NCBI GenBank assembly: GCA_000165345.1
Contig: CM000434.1
Location: 1,024,001 to 1,088,000, forward strand
Length of the DNA: 64,000 nucleotides
Reading direction: 5' to 3'
The translations under genes and the position numbers were made by a program. The stretch's first letter is position 1. Every line of letters begins with the position of its first letter. This document shows, in pieces, positions 58,874 through 64,000 of the stretch. Under the pieces are notes generated by a model that was not told the DNA's origin, made no database searches, and saw nothing but the letters and a program-made list of their open reading frames with translations.

Positions 58874-61639
58874 ATGAATGAACTTTTTGAGGAGTATTTA
58901 AAGCTTATTGGAAGTAAGATAGAAAGAAAGGATCCGGTTTACAAAGCACAATGTCAATTGTCATTTAAGGATTCTTTCTCTGAAGGGGGGCTCTACGTTA
59001 ATTTGAAGAATTTTGAAGCATATAGTAGGGATTTTCTTGAATGGGATTATAGTCAGAGTGGCTGTAGGCTTTATTTGAGTATTAAAGGCACTAGAAAATA
59101 TCACCCAGAAAATATTGATAATCCCACAAATTTGTCAATAGGCAAAGAGGGAGGATACTTTCCAGAGAAGCCATTTTTTGAGGACTTATTCCAATACGGT
59201 TTGGTATCTTTTCCAGATATGGAAGTAATGGAATTGACGGATAGCCGGGTTCATAAAGAACTTTCTGAAAGGCTTAATTATATAATCCAATACGACCAGA
59301 ACATGGAATTAAGCAAAGATACGGACTCTTTGGTTGCCTGGGCTGAAGAAAGAAAAGTTTCAAGGCATGCTGAGAATCTTTTTCAGGTATCTTCTCCTAA
59401 GCAAATTTCTCCTAAAGGTTGGACATGTGAGACTTGTGGAGCAAGTACAAATTTATGGTTAAATTTATCAGATGGATTTATTGGATGTGGAAGAAGGTTA
59501 TACGGAGTTGGAGGTGGTTGCTTTGATGGAAAGGATGAAGGAGCGGCTTTACTTCACTATCAACAACATACAGAAAGACCTTTGGCAGTTAAGTTGGGAA
59601 CAATAACTCAGTTTGGAAATGCGGATGTGTTTTCCTACGATCCACAAGAGGATGATTTGGTTCTGGATCCTCATCTAGTAAAACATCTTTCAGTATTTGG
59701 AATAAATGTTGGGCAACTTGAAAAGACTGAAAAAAGTTTAACAGAAATGCAAATTGAGCAGAATAACAAGTTAGATTTGACAAGTGGAACAGAATCTGAA
59801 GAATGTGGTAGTTTTTTACCAATGAATAAACTATTTAAAAAAGGTGATTTACTAACAGCTCTTGTAGGACTTGAGAACTCTGGTAACTCTTGTTATGTTA
59901 ACGTAGTTTTGCAACTTCTTGCATCTATTCCAGAAGTAGGAGAGCTTTTTTCAATCCATTTTCAAGATTTACTGGAAATTTACTCCAAATATTTTATTCA
60001 AAAAACAAGGCCAAGAGAAAGTATTGTAATTCAGTTTTCTAAAGTAATTAAGGCTTTACTTACAAATGATGTAATTAATGATCGTAATTATAAGATTTCA
60101 TCTCGTTCTAAAGATATTCAAAAAGCTATTTCTGAGCTTAAAGAGAAAGGTATTAATGAAAATATCATTGAATCTTTAACAGAAAGTGAAGTCAATCCTT
60201 GTTTAGTGCATATTCTTCCTTCAATACTAAAAAGAACTATTTCTAAAGGTAATCCTGAGTTTTCTTCATCCCACCAGCAAGATACTCTTGAATATTTTAC
60301 CTTCCTTCAAGAAAAGCTATCTGATGATCTTAAAAAGTATTACAATCATTCTTCACAGGAAATTCAGAAGTTAATTCAACAATTTATTAATCTTTTCAGT
60401 TTCTTCATTGGAGAAAGACTTGAATGTAAACAAACAGGATCTGTAAAGCTTACTTCTCAGTTAAATAATGTATTATCACTACCAATACCTAAGGATTTAA
60501 TTACTTATAGTTCAGACACTAGGCAAACCAAAAAGCCAAAACATGCCTTTGGTGAGGATGGTGAAGATTTAGCTACTCCTAAATCTAATCATCTTAAAGA
60601 ACAAGATATGAATGATGATCACGAATGTTTTAGCGATATTTCCCTCTTACTTTCCAATTGGAGGCAAGAAGAGATAGTAGAAAGTTTTCTCTCTCCTTGT
60701 ACAAATCAATTGGGTAAGGCTGGAAAATCAAATTTTATTAAATCTATGCCAAAATACCTCATTATACATATGCAAAGATTCTATTTATCAGAAGATTGGA
60801 GACCTAAGAAAATTAACTTAAGTGTTAAAGTCCCAAATTTCTTAGATTTAGAATCTTTAAGAGATTCTGAAGAGCTAAAACCTGGTGAAAAGCCTTTCCC
60901 TGAAGGAGTAGATGAAGTTAATAAATCTTTAAAAGAAGAAGTCCAGGTTCCAGAATCTCTGGTGAATTCTGTTTTGGATTTGGGATTCACCAAATCACAT
61001 GCTGAACTGGCTGTTAAGAATACTTTCTCAACAGATATAGATATATGTATTAATTGGATACTGACAAATATTGACTCAATCAATTCTATGGATTTGACTT
61101 CATCCGATTCATCATCATCATCTTCTTCCTCATCTGCTTCAAATACTTCCAAAACCAATAATTCAGCATCTCACCAGGATCTAGAAGCTATTGAGAATAT
61201 TATTTCAATATGTTGTTGTTCAAGAGATATTGCAGAGAAAGCATTCAAAATTTCAAATCAAAACTTAGAGAGAGCTATACAAATGATTTTTGATGATCCT
61301 TCAATTATTGAAAGTTTTGAAGATACACAATTACAACAACAAGTATCAGTTGGGCCAGATCTTTCTTCAAAACTCATAGAACTTGATGATGGACCAGGAA
61401 AATATGAATTAATTGGAGTTATTTGCCATCTAGGAAAAAGTGTTCATAGCGGACACTACATATGTTATAATAAAAGAAAGATTGATTCCTCTATTAATCC
61501 ATCTAACCAGCCAACTGAATCGTCCTGTTCTTCCTCTATATGGGTAAGATTTAATGATACAAAAGTTTATTTAAGTAAAGAGGATGATTTTCCCCATAAG
61601 GAAAAAGGGTATATCTATCTATATCGCAGAACTAACTAA
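58874..61639 (+). CDS. Ubiquitin carboxyl-terminal hydrolase 5/13-like (isopeptidase T): ZnF-UBP, USP catalytic core, two UBA domains
   Basis: ZnF-UBP WTCETCGASTNLWLNLSDGFIGCGRR...HYQQHTERPLAVKLGTI. Cys box GLENSGNSCYVNVVLQLL. UBA1 ESLVNSVLDLGFTKSHAELAVKNT...INWIL. UBA2 ENIISICCCSRDIAEKAFKISNQNLERAIQMIF. His box GKYELIGVICHLGKSVHSGHYICY. Confidence 0.92.
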   Translation: MNELFEEYLKLIGSKIERKDPVYKAQCQLSFKDSFSEGGLYVNLKNFEAYSRDFLEWDYSQSGCRLYLSIKGTRKYHPENIDNPTNLSIGKEGGYFPEKPFFEDLFQYGLVSFPDMEVMELTDSRVHKELSERLNYIIQYDQNMELSKDTDSLVAWAEERKVSRHAENLFQVSSPKQISPKGWTCETCGASTNLWLNLSDGFIGCGRRLYGVGGGCFDGKDEGAALLHYQQHTERPLAVKLGTITQFGNADVFSYDPQEDDLVLDPHLVKHLSVFGINVGQLEKTEKSLTEMQIEQNNKLDLTSGTESEECGSFLPMNKLFKKGDLLTALVGLENSGNSCYVNVVLQLLASIPEVGELFSIHFQDLLEIYSKYFIQKTRPRESIVIQFSKVIKALLTNDVINDRNYKISSRSKDIQKAISELKEKGINENIIESLTESEVNPCLVHILPSILKRTISKGNPEFSSSHQQDTLEYFTFLQEKLSDDLKKYYNHSSQEIQKLIQQFINLFSFFIGERLECKQTGSVKLTSQLNNVLSLPIPKDLITYSSDTRQTKKPKHAFGEDGEDLATPKSNHLKEQDMNDDHECFSDISLLLSNWRQEEIVESFLSPCTNQLGKAGKSNFIKSMPKYLIIHMQRFYLSEDWRPKKINLSVKVPNFLDLESLRDSEELKPGEKPFPEGVDEVNKSLKEEVQVPESLVNSVLDLGFTKSHAELAVKNTFSTDIDICINWILTNIDSINSMDLTSSDSSSSSSSSSASNTSKTNNSASHQDLEAIENIISICCCSRDIAEKAFKISNQNLERAIQMIFDDPSIIESFEDTQLQQQVSVGPDLSSKLIELDDGPGKYELIGVICHLGKSVHSGHYICYNKRKIDSSINPSNQPTESSCSSSIWVRFNDTKVYLSKEDDFPHKEKGYIYLYRRTN
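61100..61142 (+). repeat. Coding Ser-tract microsatellite in the USP5-like gene (SSDSSSSSSSSSAS)
   Basis: catccgattcatcatcatcatcttcttcctcatctgcttc. Confidence 0.65.
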
Positions 61640-61842
61640 GCTAAATTACCGACTAAAAATTATCTTAATAACAATAAATATGGCGATACCTATAAATATA
61701 GTAAAAAAGGTAACTCATTATGCATCATTAATAATACATAAAATAGGCAAGCGATTTAGCTAAAACCGTTGTAAACAAAATTTTAAGTTTTATTAGGAGT
61801 AGAAAGCCTTATTATAACTAATTTCTAATTCATCCTCTTCCT

Positions 61843-61855
61843 CCCCCCCCCCCCC
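61843..61855. repeat. C13 homopolymer in a convergent 3' intergenic region
   Basis: ctcttcctCCCCCCCCCCCCCaaaatc. This is exceptional in an approximately 30% GC background. Shorter C7-C8 runs occur at 6226..6233 and 48549..48557. Confidence 0.8.
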
Positions 61856-61907
61856 AAAATCTTCTATATTTTTATTGAGATAAGTACCTGTTCTAAAGTC
61901 CACATTC

Positions 61908-64000
61908 TTATGATCTTGAAGAAAACCTTCTCCAAATTATGACAATTCCATCCGCATCCCCACTTGCTAACAGTGTTGATGATGCATTCACTGCAGTACT
62001 TATTACTGGAGCGGAGTGACCAACTAAAGCTAAATTCTCTTTTTCGCATGAATCATTATTTAACTGGAAAACCCTTACAGAACAATCCTCTGCTGCAGAT
62101 GCTACCCATAGACCATTCCTAGATGAAAAACATGACCTCAAAGGCATCAATGAATGAGGATTCGGAATCCTGAACCTCACCTGTAAAACTACATGAGGAA
62201 CATTCGAAATATCTATCTGACCAGTTGGAGCTTGCAACCGAATATCTATTATAGTTATTGTTGAATCTGCTGCATTTACCACTAATACCGGTAATAATGA
62301 AGAAAGCCCGCCAAATCCCGCGCCGATAGCACTATTTGCATGCGTTTTTCTGACATTAGAATAGTCAGATGATCCATGGACATAAAGCATATTTGTTATA
62401 GCTCTGCTACAAACCTGCATTCCCCTCTTATCAGTAAATCTGAAATCAGTTTCTGTTGAAGTTCTTGATGAAGACTTTGCTGCTATGTTTACAAGAACAT
62501 AAATCCTTCCTTCTTTGCATGCAGCAAAGCAGTAAATTCCAGTACTATCAAAACATAAAGCTCTGATAGTTGAATCAGTTTTAATCTTTTGAGCAACTCC
62601 GACATCTACATTCACAATTCTAAGCAGTGGCTTAGAAGATGAGACAATAAATAGAGATGGTAGAAATGGTAAGTAGGAGCCAACAAGTACTGGAGAGTTG
62701 TCTGAAAATAAGCTAATAGCATGACCAGTAGCTGTTAGGAATCTCCTTACTGTCATATCAATGGATGTAGATAAGAATTCAGATTCATCTGGAGAAAGAG
62801 CTAAAGAGGTGATTGCTCTATTATGCGCTTTTCTTGAATATGCTTCTTCTACTCTTCCGGACCATTCCAAAGATGAATTTTCATCAGCAATACTGTCTTC
62901 TAAACGAGTCTTGTAGCAATAATATGCGTGAATTACCCCATTCTTTCTTGCAACCAAAAGCATTGTATGTGGTTCAGTTGGTATATCTCTACAAAATACA
63001 ATATGAGTAACTGAACTATTCTGATCATCTTTAATATTAATAACTGGCCCAATTCCTCCCTGTTTTTCAACTTGAGTAATGTTAGCTGCTTCTTCCAAGT
63101 CTAATGTTGGAATTAGAAATTCATTTCTATCTAATGTTATTTTAGGTACCGGGAATTTTGGAATTCTAAGACCAAATGCTCTAATTCCATCATTAAATTT
63201 GGAAAAGAGAGAATTATTTAACTGTTTTTGTTGCATTGTATTTCTTTCTAGTGTTAAAGCCAGTTCATCTTTATCAACCATTTCACCTCTGAGGGTGTTA
63301 TTTTCAGCTCCAAATGGGATTCCTTCAGTTTGTTGTGTAATTTTTATATCCAAATGATTTCTGGTATTAATAATCCCCACAATTGATGAAATTAAAGACG
63401 AAATTGAATCTGACTCTATTGATATTATATCCAAATCGCTGGAGATCTTTCTTACTTGTTCAATATCAACCTCTATTTTTGCTGATTCGTGTATTACTCT
63501 ATATAGACTTCCAAACAAAACTACCTTACATCCACTTTCTATAGCTTTTCTAAATATCAAAAAATCATGATTACCAGTACCTTCTTCTAAAGCTTTGAAA
63601 GATTCAATGTTTGCCACGTCATAAACAAAAATTGCAACTCTTGTTCTTGTTAGAAAGCTTTCAATTTGTTGACGTGATTCATCTTCTTCTAAGGCTGTAA
63701 TACTCATTATATTTAATGGCCATCTCTCTCCAACACTTGATTCCCTAACTCTATGGTTAGAACCTTCTGGACCATTGTAAGCATTTTTTAGATATTCTTG
63801 TGAAGAGATGACATGGGCTCCTGGGATATTTGATAACTCAATTGTGAATACCTGTAAGTTATTTTCGTCAACTGAACCTGCGCCAATTTCATCCATAAAC
63901 TTCTTAAGAAGTTGTTTGTCACCACTCCCTGAAGATCCTGCTAACAAAAGTCCGATCTGTCTATCCTGGTAATTTAATACAATTGAGCGAGAATCACGAG
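61908..64000 (-). CDS. WD40-repeat protein with a degenerate P-loop/Ras-like N-terminal region; N-terminus lies beyond the window end (partial)
   Basis: The track ORF starts at a TTG at 63947, but the frame stays open upstream to position 64000 (RDSRSIVLNYQDRQIGLLLAGSSGSGDK...), so the gene is truncated by the window. N-terminal region: G-x4-G-[DK] (AGSSGSGDK) and a Rab-like VAIFVYDVANIESFKAL segment. C-terminal half: WD40 blades (...LASGDADGIVIIWRRF, SAAEDCSVRVFQL). Confidence 0.55.
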   Translation of the reverse strand, partial: RDSRSIVLNYQDRQIGLLLAGSSGSGDKQLLKKFMDEIGAGSVDENNLQVFTIELSNIPGAHVISSQEYLKNAYNGPEGSNHRVRESSVGERWPLNIMSITALEEDESRQQIESFLTRTRVAIFVYDVANIESFKALEEGTGNHDFLIFRKAIESGCKVVLFGSLYRVIHESAKIEVDIEQVRKISSDLDIISIESDSISSLISSIVGIINTRNHLDIKITQQTEGIPFGAENNTLRGEMVDKDELALTLERNTMQQKQLNNSLFSKFNDGIRAFGLRIPKFPVPKITLDRNEFLIPTLDLEEAANITQVEKQGGIGPVINIKDDQNSSVTHIVFCRDIPTEPHTMLLVARKNGVIHAYYCYKTRLEDSIADENSSLEWSGRVEEAYSRKAHNRAITSLALSPDESEFLSTSIDMTVRRFLTATGHAISLFSDNSPVLVGSYLPFLPSLFIVSSSKPLLRIVNVDVGVAQKIKTDSTIRALCFDSTGIYCFAACKEGRIYVLVNIAAKSSSRTSTETDFRFTDKRGMQVCSRAITNMLYVHGSSDYSNVRKTHANSAIGAGFGGLSSLLPVLVVNAADSTITIIDIRLQAPTGQIDISNVPHVVLQVRFRIPNPHSLMPLRSCFSSRNGLWVASAAEDCSVRVFQLNNDSCEKENLALVGHSAPVISTAVNASSTLLASGDADGIVIIWRRFSSRS

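Noticed and set aside
1-64000. Checked for CRISPR arrays, rRNA, transposase or reverse-transcriptase ORFs, and TTTAGG telomere repeats
   Set aside because: None found. No direct-repeat arrays, no rRNA-like conserved blocks, no mobile-element protein signatures, no telomeric hexamer tandems.

Overview
The window reads as a compact, AT-rich, almost intron-free eukaryotic chromosome segment, most likely an apicomplexan and specifically Cryptosporidium-like. It is not a prokaryotic locus, so CRISPR and defence-island style calls do not apply.

The organism call rests on four things seen in the sequence. Gene density is about 25 protein-coding genes in 64 kb on both strands. ATG contexts are A-rich (aaaATGg). 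Coding Ser homopolymer tracts are present. Nearly every intergenic region carries the upstream motifs that dominate Cryptosporidium promoters: GCATGCA-type boxes, GGCGGGAAA 'G-box' E2F-like sites and palindromic TGGCGCCA sites.

Confident gene calls (motifs read directly from the translations):
- a myosin heavy chain
- 26S proteasome ATPase Rpt1/PSMC2
- prolyl-tRNA synthetase with an N-terminal YbaK-like domain
- DNA polymerase delta catalytic subunit
- a RecQ/BLM-like helicase with RQC and HRDC regions
- splicing factor SF3B4
- a DHHC palmitoyltransferase
- a USP5-like isopeptidase T (ZnF-UBP, USP core, two UBA domains)
- an ankyrin-repeat protein
- one tRNA-Arg(CCU)

Less certain calls:
- an RBM25-like RRM+PWI protein
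- a PP2A B''-like EF-hand subunit
- a small-Tim (twin CX3C) protein
- a GBP/atlastin-like membrane GTPase
- a telobox-type Myb protein
- a 2535-aa ARM/HEAT-repeat protein
- a GST-fold-like protein
- a tetraspan membrane protein
- a Tyr/Pro-rich type-II membrane protein
- a secreted 725-aa protein
- partial genes at both window edges: a PGAM-like histidine phosphatase at the start, and a WD40 protein with a degenerate GTPase-like N-terminus at the end

The most unusual feature is a cluster of four canonical GGTAAGT 5' splice sites confined to 52.6-53.9 kb:
- They define a four-exon gene (51167..53279). Its S/G-rich body ends in an Arg-rich stretch and a Cys/His-patterned C-terminal region I cannot assign to a known family.
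- They also define a probable 5' signal-peptide exon plus a 148-nt intron for the neighbouring acidic membrane protein (53760..56745).

Other points of interest:
- a 2.5-kb gene-free stretch (36.6-39.1 kb) with two promoter-like motif clusters and a hairpin plus T15 candidate small RNA
- a 234-bp bidirectional promoter shared by DNA polymerase delta and RecQ, carrying an E2F-like GGCGCC site
- a perfect GTGGCGCCAC palindrome between the DHHC and USP5 genes
- E2F-like motifs in two convergent 3' regions
- an AT palindrome block
- a C13 homopolymer
- coding (TCN)n Ser microsatellites

The supplied ORF track uses TTG/GTG as starts; I re-anchored several N-termini to the first ATG. ORFs that leave the window are absent from the track and were translated by hand.
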